Below are positions 11,864 to 23,266 of a stretch of DNA of 64,000 bases, piece by piece. Source of the stretch: Escherichia coli (GTDB lineage Bacteria; Pseudomonadota; Gammaproteobacteria; Enterobacterales; Enterobacteriaceae); assembly GCF_050920415.1 (NCBI RefSeq), contig NZ_CP169309.1. One strand, 5' to 3'. Position 1 is the first letter of the stretch, and each line of letters starts with the position of its first letter. Made by a program: the position numbers and the translations under genes. The notes under the pieces are model-generated. The model had not been told where the DNA came from. It ran no database searches and saw nothing but the letters and a program-made list of their open reading frames with translations.

Positions 11864-11896
11864 CCCGGCCTGTATCAACAGGCCGGTTCTCTTTTC
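11864..11896 (+). terminator. Rho-independent terminator after ybcJ
   Basis: GC stem cccggcctg / caggccgg with 6-nt loop followed by a T-rich tract. Confidence 0.5.
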
Positions 11897-11963
11897 AGAC
11901 TTTTGCCCTCTACGCCCCGTTCATCCATGCTGATAGCATCGACATTTTGCCGAAGCGACCATC

Positions 11964-12485
11964 ATGCCAACCGTTATTACGCACGCCGCCGTTCCCCTTT
12001 GCATTGGTTTAGGGTTGGGTTCGAAAGTCATCCCTCCGCGCCTGTTATTTGCCGGAATCATCCTGGCGATGCTGCCCGATGCTGATGTATTGACATTTAA
12101 ATTTGGCGTTGCTTACGGCAATGTTTTTGGTCATCGCGGGTTCACCCATTCGCTGGTGTTTGCGTTTGTTGTCCCGCTGTTATGTGTGCTGATTGGACGT
12201 CGATGGTTCAGGGCTGGGCTGATTCGCTGCTGGCTGTTTTTAACCGTTTCGTTGCTATCGCACAGCTTGCTGGATTCGGTAACCACTGGCGGTAAAGGCG
12301 TTGGCTGGCTGTGGCCGTGGTCAGATGAACGCTTTTTCGCTCCCTGGCAGGTGATTAAAGTCGCGCCGTTTGCATTGTCTCGTTACACCACGCCGTACGG
12401 GCATCAGGTGATTATTTCTGAATTGATGTGGGTGTGGTTGCCGGGGATGCTACTGATGGGAATGTTGTGGTGGCGCAGACGATAA
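11964..12485 (+). CDS. ybcI: Inner-membrane metal-dependent hydrolase family protein (DUF457)
   Basis: 173 aa hydrophobic ORF at the conserved position between ybcJ and cysS. Confidence 0.8.
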   Translation: MPTVITHAAVPLCIGLGLGSKVIPPRLLFAGIILAMLPDADVLTFKFGVAYGNVFGHRGFTHSLVFAFVVPLLCVLIGRRWFRAGLIRCWLFLTVSLLSHSLLDSVTTGGKGVGWLWPWSDERFFAPWQVIKVAPFALSRYTTPYGHQVIISELMWVWLPGMLLMGMLWWRRR

Positions 12486-12520
12486 CCGGATGCGAAAACT
12501 CGCATCCGGCAATAGCGCAA

Positions 12521-13906
12521 TTACTTACGACGCCAGGTGGTCCCTTGCGGGCCATCTTCCAGCACGATCCCCATCTCGTTAAGACGGTCACGCGCCGCAT
12601 CTGCCGCCGCCCAGTCTTTCGCTTTACGGGCATCCAGACGCTGTTGAATTAAGGCTTCAATCTCAGCCACTTCGCTGTCGTCTGCCTGCGCGCCGCTTTG
12701 CAGGAACGCTTCCGGTTCTTGCTCCAGCAGGCCCAGCACGGCTGAAAGTTTACGCAGATGAGACGCCATCGCGTTTGCCGCTGCCATATCTTCTGCTTTC
12801 AGACGGTTCACTTCACGCGCCATATCAAACAGCACGGAATAGGCTTCCGGGGTGTTGAAATCGTCGTCCATCGCTTCAATAAAGCGCGCTTCAAACGCTT
12901 CGCCACCGGCAGGCGCAACGGTTTTATCTGTGCCGCGCAGCGCAGTGTAGAGGCGCTCCAGCGCCGCACGCGCCTGCTTCAGATTCTCTTCGCTGTAGTT
13001 CAGCTGGCTGCGATAGTGGCCCGACATCAGGAAGTAACGCACGGTTTCCGCGTCGTAGTATTTCAGCACATCACGCACGGTAAAGAAGTTACCCAGCGAT
13101 TTGGACATCTTCTCTCGGTCAACCATTACCATCCCCGAGTGCATCCAGTAGTTCACATACTGACCATCATGGGCACAGGTGGACTGCGCGATTTCGTTCT
13201 CGTGGTGCGGGAACATCAGGTCTGAACCACCGCCGTGGATATCAAAGTGGTTACCCAACTGCTTGCAGTTCATTGCCGAACATTCAATGTGCCAGCCTGG
13301 ACGGCCTGCGCCCCACGGAGACGGCCAGCTCGGTTCGCCCTCTTTCGACATCTTCCACAGAACGAAGTCCATCGGGTTGCGTTTGTCGTCGACCACGTCA
13401 ACGCGCGCGCCTGCCTGCAGCTGGTCGAGATCCTGACGCGACAGCACGCCATAAGTTGGATCGGTCGGTACGTCGAACATCACGTCGCCGTTGTCCGCCA
13501 CATAAGCGTGACCTTTGGCGATCAGTTGTTCAGTGAGTTCAATGATTTCTGCGATATGGTGCGTCGCGCGCGGCTCCATATCCGGGCGCAGAATGTTCAA
13601 AGCATCAAAATCTTTGTGCATTTCGGCGATCATGCGATCCACCAGCGCTACAAAGCTTTCGCCATTTTCATTGGCACGCTTGATGATTTTGTCGTCGATA
13701 TCGGTAATGTTGCGCACATACTTCAGCTTATAGCCGAGGAAACGCAAATAGCGTGCAACCACGTCAAAGGCAACAAAGGTACGCCCGTGACCGATATGAC
13801 AGAGATCGTAAACGGTGATTCCACACACGTACATGCCGACTTCCCCGGCGTGAATAGGCTTAAATTCCTCTTTTTGGCGTGTCAGAGTATTGAAGATTTT
13901 TAGCAT
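12521..13906 (-). CDS. cysS: Cysteine--tRNA ligase
   Basis: 461 aa; class I synthetase HIGH motif ([15 protein letters not shown]) and KMSKS. Confidence 0.95.
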
Positions 13907-14079
13907 CGAAGATTCCGTTTAGACATGTGTGGGTAATTGAGTTGCGTATAATACCCATATTTCCCGCGCGAATCAGCATACATTGCGTGATGATCCGATC
14001 GTGCGGTTATGCTATAACACCACCCTATATATGACCCGAATCGGGTTGAAGCACCAATCAAACGGAACAGGATGCAAAA

Positions 14080-14574
14080 ATGGTTACTTTCCACACCAAT
14101 CACGGCGATATTGTCATCAAGACTTTTGACGATAAAGCACCTGAAACAGTTAAAAACTTCCTGAACTACTGCCGCGAAGGTTTTTACAACAACACTATTT
14201 TCCACCGTGTTATCAATGGTTTCATGATTCAGGGCGGCGGTTTTGAACCGGGCATGAAACAAAAAGCCACCAAAGAACCGATCAAAAACGAAGCCAACAA
14301 CGGTCTGAAAAATACCCGTGGTACGCTGGCAATGGCCCGTACTCAGGCACCGCACTCTGCAACTGCACAGTTCTTCATCAACGTGGTTGATAACGACTTC
14401 CTGAACTTCTCTGGCGAAAGCCTGCAAGGTTGGGGTTACTGCGTGTTTGCTGAAGTGGTTGAAGGCATGGACGTGGTAGACAAAATCAAAGGTGTAGCAA
14501 CCGGTCGTAGCGGTATGCACCAGGACGTGCCAAAAGAAGACGTTATCATTGAAAGCGTGACCGTTAGCGAGTAA
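14080..14574 (+). CDS. ppiB: Peptidyl-prolyl cis-trans isomerase B (cyclophilin)
   Basis: 164 aa cyclophilin sequence. Confidence 0.95.
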   Translation: MVTFHTNHGDIVIKTFDDKAPETVKNFLNYCREGFYNNTIFHRVINGFMIQGGGFEPGMKQKATKEPIKNEANNGLKNTRGTLAMARTQAPHSATAQFFINVVDNDFLNFSGESLQGWGYCVFAEVVEGMDVVDKIKGVATGRSGMHQDVPKEDVIIESVTVSE

Positions 14575-14576
14575 TC

Positions 14577-15299
14577 GTGGCGACACTCTTTATTGCAGAT
14601 CTTCATCTCTGCGTGGAAGAACCGGCGATCACCGCCGGTTTTCTGCGTTTTTTAGCGGGGGAAGCCCGCAAGGCCGACGCGCTGTATATTCTTGGCGATC
14701 TGTTTGAAGCATGGATTGGCGATGACGATCCCAACCCACTCCATCGCCAGATGGCCGCAGCGATCAAAGCGGTATCCGATTCCGGCGTTCCCTGTTATTT
14801 CATTCATGGCAACCGTGATTTTCTGCTCGGCAAACGCTTTGCCCGTGAAAGCGGGATGACGTTATTGCCGGAAGAAAAAGTGCTCGAACTTTATGGCCGT
14901 CGGGTGCTGATTATGCATGGCGACACGCTGTGCACCGATGACATCGGTTATCAGGCTTTTCGCGCCAAAGTCCACAAGCCGTGGCTGCAAACGCTATTCC
15001 TCGCCCTGCCGTTGTTTGTGCGCAAACGCATTGCCGCGCGAATGCGAGCGAACAGCAAAGAAGCCAACAGCAGTAAATCGCTGGCGATCATGGACGTTAA
15101 CCAAAACGCGGTGGTCAGTGCGATGGAAAAGCATCAGGTGCAATGGTTGATTCACGGGCATACGCATCGCCCGGCGGTGCATGAACTGATCGCCAATCAG
15201 CAACCTGCTTTTCGTGTCGTGTTGGGTGCCTGGCATACGGAAGGTTCGATGGTGAAAGTCACGGCAGATGACGTTGAGTTGATCCATTTTCCATTTTAA
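14577..15299 (+). CDS. lpxH: UDP-2,3-diacylglucosamine pyrophosphatase
   Basis: 240 aa calcineurin-like phosphoesterase; conserved position after ppiB. Confidence 0.9.
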   Translation: MATLFIADLHLCVEEPAITAGFLRFLAGEARKADALYILGDLFEAWIGDDDPNPLHRQMAAAIKAVSDSGVPCYFIHGNRDFLLGKRFARESGMTLLPEEKVLELYGRRVLIMHGDTLCTDDIGYQAFRAKVHKPWLQTLFLALPLFVRKRIAARMRANSKEANSSKSLAIMDVNQNAVVSAMEKHQVQWLIHGHTHRPAVHELIANQQPAFRVVLGAWHTEGSMVKVTADDVELIHFPF

Positions 15300-15416
15300 A
15301 AAACGCGCAACTTTGCTGATTTCATAGCCGCGCAACCGTTTTCCTTGCTCTCTTTCCGTGCTATTCTCTGTGCCCTCTAAAGCCGAGAGTTGTGCACCAC
15401 AGGAGTTTTAAGACGC

Positions 15417-15926
15417 ATGTCTTCCCGCAATAATCCGGCGCGTGTCGCCATCGTGATGGGGTCCAAAAGCGACTGGGCTACCATGCAGTTCGCCGCCGAA
15501 ATCTTCGAAATCCTGAATGTCCCGCACCACGTTGAAGTGGTTTCTGCTCACCGCACCCCCGATAAACTGTTCAGCTTCGCCGAAAGTGCCGAAGAGAACG
15601 GTTATCAGGTAATTATTGCGGGCGCAGGCGGCGCAGCGCACCTGCCGGGCATGATTGCCGCCAAAACGCTGGTGCCAGTGCTGGGTGTGCCAGTACAGAG
15701 CGCCGCACTGAGCGGTGTCGATAGCCTCTACTCCATCGTACAAATGCCGCGCGGCATTCCGGTGGGTACGCTGGCGATTGGTAAAGCTGGCGCGGCAAAC
15801 GCGGCGTTACTGGCAGCACAAATTCTTGCGACTCATGATAAAGAACTGCACCAGCGTTTGAATGACTGGCGCAAAGCACAAACTGATGAAGTGCTGGAAA
15901 ACCCGGACCCGCGAGGTGCGGCATGA
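15417..15926 (+). CDS. purE: N5-carboxyaminoimidazole ribonucleotide mutase
   Basis: ORF 15390-15926; start at [20 protein letters not shown]; 169 aa. Confidence 0.9.
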   Translation: MSSRNNPARVAIVMGSKSDWATMQFAAEIFEILNVPHHVEVVSAHRTPDKLFSFAESAEENGYQVIIAGAGGAAHLPGMIAAKTLVPVLGVPVQSAALSGVDSLYSIVQMPRGIPVGTLAIGKAGAANAALLAAQILATHDKELHQRLNDWRKAQTDEVLENPDPRGAA

Positions 15927-16990
15927 AACAGGTTTGCGTCCTCGGTAACGGGCAGTTAGGCCGTATGTTGCGCCAGGCAGGCGAACCGTTAGGCATTGCT
16001 GTCTGGCCGGTCGGGCTGGACGCTGAACCGGCGGCGGTGCCCTTTCAACAAAGCGTGATTACCGCTGAGATCGAACGCTGGCCGGAAACCGCATTAACGC
16101 GCGAGCTGGCACGCCATCCGGCCTTTGTGAACCGCGATGTGTTCCCGATTATTGCCGACCGTCTGACTCAGAAGCAGCTTTTCGACAAGCTTCACCTGCC
16201 GACTGCACCGTGGCAGTTACTTGCCGATCGCAGTGAGTGGCCTGCGGTGTTTGATCGTTTAGGTGAACTGGCGATTGTTAAGCGTCGTATTGGTGGCTAT
16301 GACGGTCGCGGTCAATGGCGTTTACGCGCCGATGAAACCGCACAGTTACCAACTGAATGCTACGGCGAATGTATTGTCGAGCAGGGCATTAACTTCTCTG
16401 GCGAAGTATCGCTGGTTGGCGCGCGCGGCTTTGATGGCAGCACTGTGTTTTATCCGCTGACGCATAACCTGCATCAGGACGGTATTTTGCGCACCAGCGT
16501 CGCTTTCCCGCAGGCCAACGCACAGCAGCAGGCGCAGGCCGAAGAGATGCTGTCGGCGATTATGCAGGAGCTGGGCTATGTGGGCGTGATGGCGATGGAG
16601 TGTTTTGTCACGCCGCAAGGTCTGCTGATCAACGAACTGGCTCCGCGTGTGCATAACAGCGGTCACTGGACACAAAACGGTGCCAGCATCAGCCAGTTTG
16701 AGCTGCATCTGCGGGCGATTACCGATCTGCCGTTACCGCAACCGGTAGTGAATAGTCCGTCGGTGATGATCAACCTGATTGGTAGCGATGTGAATTATGA
16801 CTGGCTGAAACTGCCGCTGGTGCATCTGCACTGGTACGACAAAGAAGTGCGTCCGGGCCGTAAGGTGGGGCATCTGAATTTGACCGACAGCGACACATCG
16901 CGTCTGACCGCAACGCTGGAAGCCTTAATCCCGCTGCTGCCGCCAGAGTATGCCAGCGGCGTGATGTGGGCGCAGAGTAAGTTCAGTTAA
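15923..16990 (+). CDS. purK: N5-carboxyaminoimidazole ribonucleotide synthase
   Basis: 355 aa ATP-grasp protein; 4-nt overlap with purE. Confidence 0.9.
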   Translation: MKQVCVLGNGQLGRMLRQAGEPLGIAVWPVGLDAEPAAVPFQQSVITAEIERWPETALTRELARHPAFVNRDVFPIIADRLTQKQLFDKLHLPTAPWQLLADRSEWPAVFDRLGELAIVKRRIGGYDGRGQWRLRADETAQLPTECYGECIVEQGINFSGEVSLVGARGFDGSTVFYPLTHNLHQDGILRTSVAFPQANAQQQAQAEEMLSAIMQELGYVGVMAMECFVTPQGLLINELAPRVHNSGHWTQNGASISQFELHLRAITDLPLPQPVVNSPSVMINLIGSDVNYDWLKLPLVHLHWYDKEVRPGRKVGHLNLTDSDTSRLTATLEALIPLLPPEYASGVMWAQSKFS

Positions 16991-17008
16991 CCTGGTGCTC
17001 AAATTCTT

Positions 17009-17206
17009 GCCGGATGCAGCGTGAACACCTTATCCGACCTACTAATCCGGTACCCATTGTAGGCCTGATAAGACGCGTCAAGCGTCGCATCAGGCATGGT
17101 GCGCCGATTACCGGATGCGGCGTGAACGCCTTATCCGACTACCAATCCGGTACCCATTGTAGGCCTGATAAGACGCGTCAAGCGTCGCATCAGGCATGGT
17201 GCGCCA
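17009..17206. repeat. Tandem REP/BIME-type intergenic repeats (two units of about 100 bp)
   Basis: Near-identical units containing gccggatgcggcgtgaacgccttatccg and taggcctgataagacgcgtcaagcgtcgcatcaggc, directly repeated. Confidence 0.7.
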
Positions 17207-17223
17207 TATGCTGGATGCTCCCA

Positions 17224-18120
17224 TCACGACAGCGAAATACAGGTCCCCGCTTCGCCCGCCAGCGTCTCTTCAATCCGCGATAAAGCCCCAATCCACGCAG
17301 GTTTACCACGGCTTCTGACATAGCCACTCACCGCCGTTACCTTCGGCCCCATCGCCCCATCGGCTTTGGCAAATGGCGCTAACTCATCCGGTGTGGCATG
17401 GCGAATGGCGCGTTGCTGCGGCGTTCCCCAGTTTTCATAAACCGCGTCAGCATCGGTGAGGATCACCAGTCCATCGGCATTAATCTGCTCGGCAAGCAAC
17501 GCCGCGGCGAGATCTTTATCAATCACCGCTTCACTCCCTGCTCCGTCATCCGTCACCGGAACACCGCCGCCGCCACTGCAAATCACCACATGCCCCTCTT
17601 TGAGCAACAACTCGATGGCTTCGCTGTCGAGAATTTTACGAGGCTGGGGAGATGCCACCACCCGGCGTAAATATTTGCCATCACGCTTCATTTTCCAGCC
17701 GTAAGCCGTTTCCAGTGCCTCTTGTTCTTCTGGCTGATAAACCGGGCCGATAAACTTCTCTGGCTGCAAAAACGCCGGATCATCAGACGAAACTTCAATG
17801 CGTGTCAGCACCGTCGTCACAGGCGGCATCTGCGGCTGTGCGCTCAAACTCTGCGCCAGCATATAGCCAATCATCCCCTGACTTTCCGCCACCAGCACAT
17901 CCAGTGGATACGGTTCGACCTCTTTCCACGCCAGATTCTGTAACGCCAACAACCCCACCTGCGGCCCGTTGCCGTGAACAATCGCCAGCCGATAAGCACG
18001 CGCCAGGCGCGCCAGCGCGGGAACAGCACTGGCAATATTGCGATATTGATTTTCTGCCGTCAGCGCCTCACCGCGCTGGAGTAAGGCATTGCCCCCAAGA
18101 GCTACAACCAGTGTTTTCAT
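17224..18120 (-). CDS. ybcF: Carbamate kinase-like protein
   Basis: 298 aa amino-acid-kinase family; N-terminal [13 protein letters not shown]. Confidence 0.85.
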   Translation of the reverse strand: MKTLVVALGGNALLQRGEALTAENQYRNIASAVPALARLARAYRLAIVHGNGPQVGLLALQNLAWKEVEPYPLDVLVAESQGMIGYMLAQSLSAQPQMPPVTTVLTRIEVSSDDPAFLQPEKFIGPVYQPEEQEALETAYGWKMKRDGKYLRRVVASPQPRKILDSEAIELLLKEGHVVICSGGGGVPVTDDGAGSEAVIDKDLAAALLAEQINADGLVILTDADAVYENWGTPQQRAIRHATPDELAPFAKADGAMGPKVTAVSGYVRSRGKPAWIGALSRIEETLAGEAGTCISLS

Positions 18121-18932
18121 GGTGTTCCTTGTAATAATTGTTGACCAAGCCAGAACCCCAGCAGCGTATCAGCCCCTGACGTATGCCCCAGCGCCAGCAG
18201 CGAATCAATCGCAACAGCGGTACGTTTCGGGCAACTCAGAGCATGAACAAAGTGCAGGAGTGGCGAGGCGAAGTATCCTTGCGCGGCATAACGTAAATAA
18301 TTAACGCTCACCGCTGTGGTAACGAGTTGAAGATTGTCGGAACAGGCAAAAAACGGGCGACCGGAGCGCGCATCTAAAGCGCCATAATACCAGGCTGCCA
18401 GCAGCATTCCCGTTAGCGTGTCATCATGACTCGGCGTTAATCCCGGCCCTTTACCCAGCCAGTGCCGCCAGTCGGTCTTAACGCCATTGAGCGCGGCCTG
18501 AAAACAGTGACGAAACTGGCGTAATTCAGCGGGAAGCGGATCGCCTGCCGCCAACGCCAGCGGCCCGAAAAGCCCGGTTTCCTCCGCGCGTTGCATCCAT
18601 GCCGCTGCAAGTGGTTGAGGATGCGCAGGCGGCGTAATACGCAGCAAACAATAACGCTGTGGCTGTTTAACCGTGAAACGCCCGAGGCGAATCCCTTGAG
18701 CCATAACCTGTGGTCGTTCATTGCCGCATAATCCACCGCATAACGCATCGAATTGCGCGCGGCGAAGCACCCATCCTCCGGGACCGAAACCACTTCCCTG
18801 ACGATGCAGCGTTAACAATTCACCGCTTTCCGTCATCAGGTTAATCGCCCGCCGCCACACGCCCGCTAACCGCCAGGACTGGCGATAATTCGGTGCACTA
18901 CGGCTGGCAAGCAGAGGATGGATGATCGTCAT
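18117..18932 (-). CDS. ylbF: DUF2877-family protein
   Basis: ORF 18117-19025; start at MTIIHPLL gives 271 aa and abuts ylbE without overlap. Confidence 0.7.
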   Translation of the reverse strand: MTIIHPLLASRSAPNYRQSWRLAGVWRRAINLMTESGELLTLHRQGSGFGPGGWVLRRAQFDALCGGLCGNERPQVMAQGIRLGRFTVKQPQRYCLLRITPPAHPQPLAAAWMQRAEETGLFGPLALAAGDPLPAELRQFRHCFQAALNGVKTDWRHWLGKGPGLTPSHDDTLTGMLLAAWYYGALDARSGRPFFACSDNLQLVTTAVSVNYLRYAAQGYFASPLLHFVHALSCPKRTAVAIDSLLALGHTSGADTLLGFWLGQQLLQGTP

Positions 18933-18942
18933 TGCGCGTTCC

Positions 18943-20202
18943 TCAACCAATCCCCATGCTTTCAGCCAGAGCTTCCAGCGCCTGTTCAAAGCACGCCAGC
19001 GGTGCCCGCACAGTGCCTGCACCAATCTGCCCGATCCCCGCCTCTTTATGGGCGATACCCGTATTGATGAGTGGTGTAATGCCGGTTTCTACCACGCGAC
19101 GAATATCCAGCCCCAGGCACGCGCCCTGGAAATCCCAGCCAGGGATCTGCAACTGCATATTGCGCTCAAGGAAGATTTCTGCCATCTCTTCAGATACCGC
19201 TCTGGCTGCTTCCATGCCACCCGCACCGACAAAGCGCGTTACGCCAGGCGCTGCGATCATCGCGGCACCACCGATACCAAAGGTTTCGGTAATCGCGCTA
19301 TCGCCCATATCCGGGTTCGCCTGCTCCTGCGAGAAGCCGGTGAAAAACAGACCTTGCGGAGTGTTAACTGGCGCAGTAAACCAGCGCTCGCCCAGCCCGC
19401 TGACCCGAATCCCGAACATATTGCCGTTGCGGGTCATAGCCGTGACGATGCTGCCCGCGCGGATCATCGCGCCTGCATCCATCGCCGCCTTGCAATAGGC
19501 CATCGCGAGGTTGAGGAAGAACTGATCGGTCACGCTGAGGAAATCCATCACTTCCGCGATGTGCTGTTTATCGTGATTGAGGCGAGCAATTTGTGGGGCC
19601 AGCGCACGCATTAACAGTGCTGAGGAAGCAATATTGCGCTGATGGAATTCATCGCCCATCGTAATGCCCTGCGCCATCATCGCGGTGAGATCGATACCGC
19701 GCTCCATGCGCCCCAGCGCCGCGCTTAATACCGGCATTAACACATCACGCATCCAGCGATGGCGAGTCAGGACATCTTCGCCGTAAGCGCCAAAACGCAT
19801 CACTTTACCGATACCTTCATTGAGGTTGCAGTACGCCCGGTTACCGTCGGTCACGTTCTCGACCACCAGCATCGGCATACTGGCAGAAGTAATTCCGCCC
19901 ATTGGCCCGACGGCATTCACATGGTGACAAGGAATGAAGTTCACTTCCCCCTGCTCCAGCATCGCCAGTGCCTGCGCTTCATCTTTCGCCCAGCCTTCAA
20001 ACAGACACGCACCCACGCACGCCCCTTTCATGGGGCCGGTCATCTCCTGCCAGCGCATCGGCGGCCCGGCGTGAAGCAGTGTTTTACCCTGATTTAATTC
20101 ATTAATGAGTGAAGACGCCGGTTGCACATCCAGCCAGTGTGGACGAGCGCGACGAATTTGTTCGATAACCGCAGCATTGGCTTGCGCCACTGATGTAAAC
20201 AT
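18943..20202 (-). CDS. ylbE: DUF1116-family protein, intact 419 aa
   Basis: Single uninterrupted 419 aa ORF between fdrA and ylbF. Confidence 0.8.
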   Translation of the reverse strand: MFTSVAQANAAVIEQIRRARPHWLDVQPASSLINELNQGKTLLHAGPPMRWQEMTGPMKGACVGACLFEGWAKDEAQALAMLEQGEVNFIPCHHVNAVGPMGGITSASMPMLVVENVTDGNRAYCNLNEGIGKVMRFGAYGEDVLTRHRWMRDVLMPVLSAALGRMERGIDLTAMMAQGITMGDEFHQRNIASSALLMRALAPQIARLNHDKQHIAEVMDFLSVTDQFFLNLAMAYCKAAMDAGAMIRAGSIVTAMTRNGNMFGIRVSGLGERWFTAPVNTPQGLFFTGFSQEQANPDMGDSAITETFGIGGAAMIAAPGVTRFVGAGGMEAARAVSEEMAEIFLERNMQLQIPGWDFQGACLGLDIRRVVETGITPLINTGIAHKEAGIGQIGAGTVRAPLACFEQALEALAESMGIG

Positions 20203-20211
20203 GGGAACCCC

Positions 20212-21879
20212 TTATTGCAAACATTCTAATAAACGAGCCAGTTTTTTATTGCCGCCAGCGACTGGTGACCATTGGTAATGCACAACCGGTTTGCTGGCGC
20301 TTTGTAGTTCCAGCGCAAAGCTGCGTAATCCGATGTTAATCACGGCGACGTTTTCCAGTAATGACGGTGTGTGTGGCTGTGTGGCAGGCGAGAGCGGATG
20401 AATTAACGCCGCCGCCAGCAAGGTGGCTTCCGGCAGCGAACTCACTACCGCGATCCCTGCATCTTCCAGCGTGGCGATTTGTTGCGAGCGGCATTGCGGG
20501 TCACGTTCAGTGCCTGTCACCGTGGCAATGGCATACAGTGGTTGATTGTCTGGACGCGCGGCACAGGCTTTTTGCCAGGCGCTTACCAGCGAGGCTGCAG
20601 GATCGGTGGTCGCACCGAAGCCAATCACCACATCAAGCAGCAATACGCGCACTTGCGGTTTAGCGCCGAGATCGGCAATTAACTGGTTGCGTAAGGTTGG
20701 GTCGATCATCGGATGGGGACGCCCGACGGTGTAAAAATCATCGCCGAGGTCAATAATCTGGTGACCATCGGCGTCGAGCATCATGCCGTGATGATGGGTA
20801 TCGTCGGCTACCACGCCAAGATGCGCGGCAAGTAATCCCGCCGCTTCGGCGGCTAACGTACCGCCGGTATACAAGCCGCAAATAAGTCCGCTGCTGACAG
20901 GTGCTATTGCGTTACGTCGCGCCGTAACGCGTGAAAGCAGGCAAGCCAGGCGTGCAGCCTCATCCAGCGAGGAGGCAAACCAGACATTCTCGTCGCGGGC
21001 CACCGCCGGGATATAACCTAAAAACAGCGCCACCGTTGGTTTGCCGGTTGCTTTCATGGCATTAACAATTTTCAGACGCACAGCTTCGGCAGGCGGTTTT
21101 GAAACAAACGCCAGCACTTCGCTTTTCTCATCTACACTGAGCATTTCCAGCGCCGTTAGCGCACTGATGCCGCCCACGTCACGGCTGAGGTCGCGCCCGC
21201 CAAGACCAATCGCGTGAGTAATTCCCTCACCTGCCAGTGCAATCTGCGAACACAGTTCCTGAATCCCGGTACCGGAAGCGCCAATGACGCCAATGTTGCC
21301 TTCCGGCATCACGTTAGCAAAAGCCAGCGGCGTGGCGGCAATCATCGATGTACCGCAGTCCGGCCCCATCACCAGCAAACCTTTTTCCCGCGCGTGGGTT
21401 TTAAGTTGGATTTCATCTTCCAGCGTGACGTTATCGGAGAACATCATCACGTTGAGGTTGCGATCCAGCGCCTGGTTCGCCAGTTCCGCCGCATACTCGC
21501 CAGCCACTGAAATCAGCGCCAGATTGGCATTGGGTAATTTCTGACAGGCACTGTCCCAGCGACGCACCAGCGTCAACGCCTGGCTGCTGCCCGTTCCCTG
21601 CGCCAGTTGCTTTAGCGCCTCTTCAAGCTGCTGCATAATCGCCTGCGCGATCCCCGCATCCGCCGCTTCGCTACGAATTGCCACGCAAATATCGTTCGGC
21701 GTGGCGTTATTAAAATCGTCATGCCAGAAACCTGTGGTATCTAATAACGCTTTATTGGCGGGCGTACCCATCATTACGGAAACATCATCAACATTTTCTG
21801 ATTCGCTGAGTTTTCGTGAAATAATCATTAAACTGACCGAATCCTGAAAACACCCTTTTTTAATAAAGGCGTGGATCAT
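20212..21879 (-). CDS. fdrA: FdrA (succinyl-CoA synthetase alpha-like CoA-binding protein)
   Basis: 555 aa, recognised FdrA sequence. Confidence 0.85.
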   Translation of the reverse strand: MIHAFIKKGCFQDSVSLMIISRKLSESENVDDVSVMMGTPANKALLDTTGFWHDDFNNATPNDICVAIRSEAADAGIAQAIMQQLEEALKQLAQGTGSSQALTLVRRWDSACQKLPNANLALISVAGEYAAELANQALDRNLNVMMFSDNVTLEDEIQLKTHAREKGLLVMGPDCGTSMIAATPLAFANVMPEGNIGVIGASGTGIQELCSQIALAGEGITHAIGLGGRDLSRDVGGISALTALEMLSVDEKSEVLAFVSKPPAEAVRLKIVNAMKATGKPTVALFLGYIPAVARDENVWFASSLDEAARLACLLSRVTARRNAIAPVSSGLICGLYTGGTLAAEAAGLLAAHLGVVADDTHHHGMMLDADGHQIIDLGDDFYTVGRPHPMIDPTLRNQLIADLGAKPQVRVLLLDVVIGFGATTDPAASLVSAWQKACAARPDNQPLYAIATVTGTERDPQCRSQQIATLEDAGIAVVSSLPEATLLAAALIHPLSPATQPHTPSLLENVAVINIGLRSFALELQSASKPVVHYQWSPVAGGNKKLARLLECLQ

Positions 21880-22195
21880 AACAACTCCTTAAAAATTGCA
21901 CCCATGGCAATTGCACGAGCAGTGTTAATGTGGCGATTACGGTATCGATGGATGGTGACAAATAAGGTGATGAATATCACACGGAGATTATTAGCAAAAG
22001 AATTCAAATAACCGCCAGACTATTACGCGTTATTTTTTAATAAGCATAGTTGTTTTAAAAACCAGGTTAAAAGCGAGCGGATTATCAAATAAATTCTAAC
22101 TATATTTTTTTGCCTGTCTGGATCACATAATCCAGATATTTTCCCTGTATGTTAATTGCAGTCATGCTTCACACCGTCGTTAAAAAGGAAGACAG

Positions 22196-23245
22196 ATGAA
22201 AATCAGTCGGGAAACACTCCACCAGCTAATCGAGAATAAACTCTGCCAGGCTGGGTTAAAACGTGAGCACGCTGCAACCGTGGCTGAAGTATTGGTTTAC
22301 GCCGATGCCAGAGGGATCCACTCTCATGGCGCGGTGCGCGTTGAATACTACGCAGAGCGCATATAAAAAGGCGGCACCAACCGCGAACCAGAGTTTCGTC
22401 TTGAAGAAACCGGACCGTGCTCGGCAATTTTACATGCCGACAATGCCGCCGGACAGGTCGCGGCAAAAATGGGTATGGAACATGCCATCAAAACCGCCCA
22501 GCAAAAAGGCGTTGCGGTGGTCGGTATCAGCCGGATGGGTCACAGCGGCGCAATCTCTTATTTTGTGCAGCAGGCAGCCCGCGCCGGATTGATTGGCATT
22601 TCGATGTGCCAGTCCGATCCAATGGTGGTGCCGTTTGGCGGCGCGGAAATTTACTACGGCACTAACCCACTGGCCTTTGCCGCGCCGGGAGAAGGCGACG
22701 AGATTCTTACTTTTGATATGGCGACTACCGTACAGGCGTGGGGGAAAGTTCTCGATGCACGCTCGCGCAATATGTCTATCCCGGATACTTGGGCGGTCGA
22801 TAAAAACGGTGCACCAACAACCGATCCCTTCGCGGTTAACGCCCTGCTCCCGGCTGCCGGACCGAAAGGTTATGGCCTGATGATGATGATCGACGTCCTC
22901 TCAGGCGTCTTACTCGGCTTACCGTTCGGGCGTCAGGTCAGTTCGATGTATGACGATTTACACGCCGGACGTAATTTGGGGCAATTACATGTAGTTATTA
23001 ATCCGAACTTTTTCTCCTCCAGCGAATTATTCCGTCAACATCTTAGCCAGACCATGCGCGAATTAAATGCCATTACCCCCGCGCCCGGTTTTAACCAGGT
23101 TTATTATCCCGGACAGGATCAGGATATTAAACAACACAAAACCGCCGTCGAAGGTATCGAAATTGTTGATGATATTTACCAGTATTTAATTTCCGACGCG
23201 CTTTATAACACGTCATACGAAACGAAAAATCCCTTTGCGCAATAA
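22196..23245 (+). pseudogene. allD: Ureidoglycolate dehydrogenase gene interrupted by an in-frame TAA at codon 57 (22364-22366)
   Basis: ATG at 22196 with AAGGAA RBS; MKISRETLHQLIENKLCQAGLKREHAATVAEVLVYADARGIHSHGAVRVEYYAERI then TAA; the same frame continues KGGTNREPEF... through the 258 aa ORF 22469-23245. Confidence 0.8.
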
Positions 23246-23266
23246 TTGTTGAGACAGGACTTTCTT

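Noticed and set aside
12487-12510. Hairpin ccggatgcgaaaactcgcatccgg between ybcI and cysS as a terminator
   Set aside because: Clear palindrome but no flanking T-run on either strand; it may be a REP-like stem or a weak bidirectional terminator, so it is not listed as a feature.
12758-13903. Antisense ORFs inside cysS (12758-13225, 13235-13903 and others)
   Set aside because: Contained entirely within the well-supported cysS coding sequence on the opposite strand; no RBS or motif support.
22364-22366. Possibility that the allD internal stop is a recoded codon (selenocysteine or readthrough)
   Set aside because: The codon is TAA, not TGA, and no SECIS-like hairpin follows; a nonsense mutation or sequencing error is the simpler explanation.
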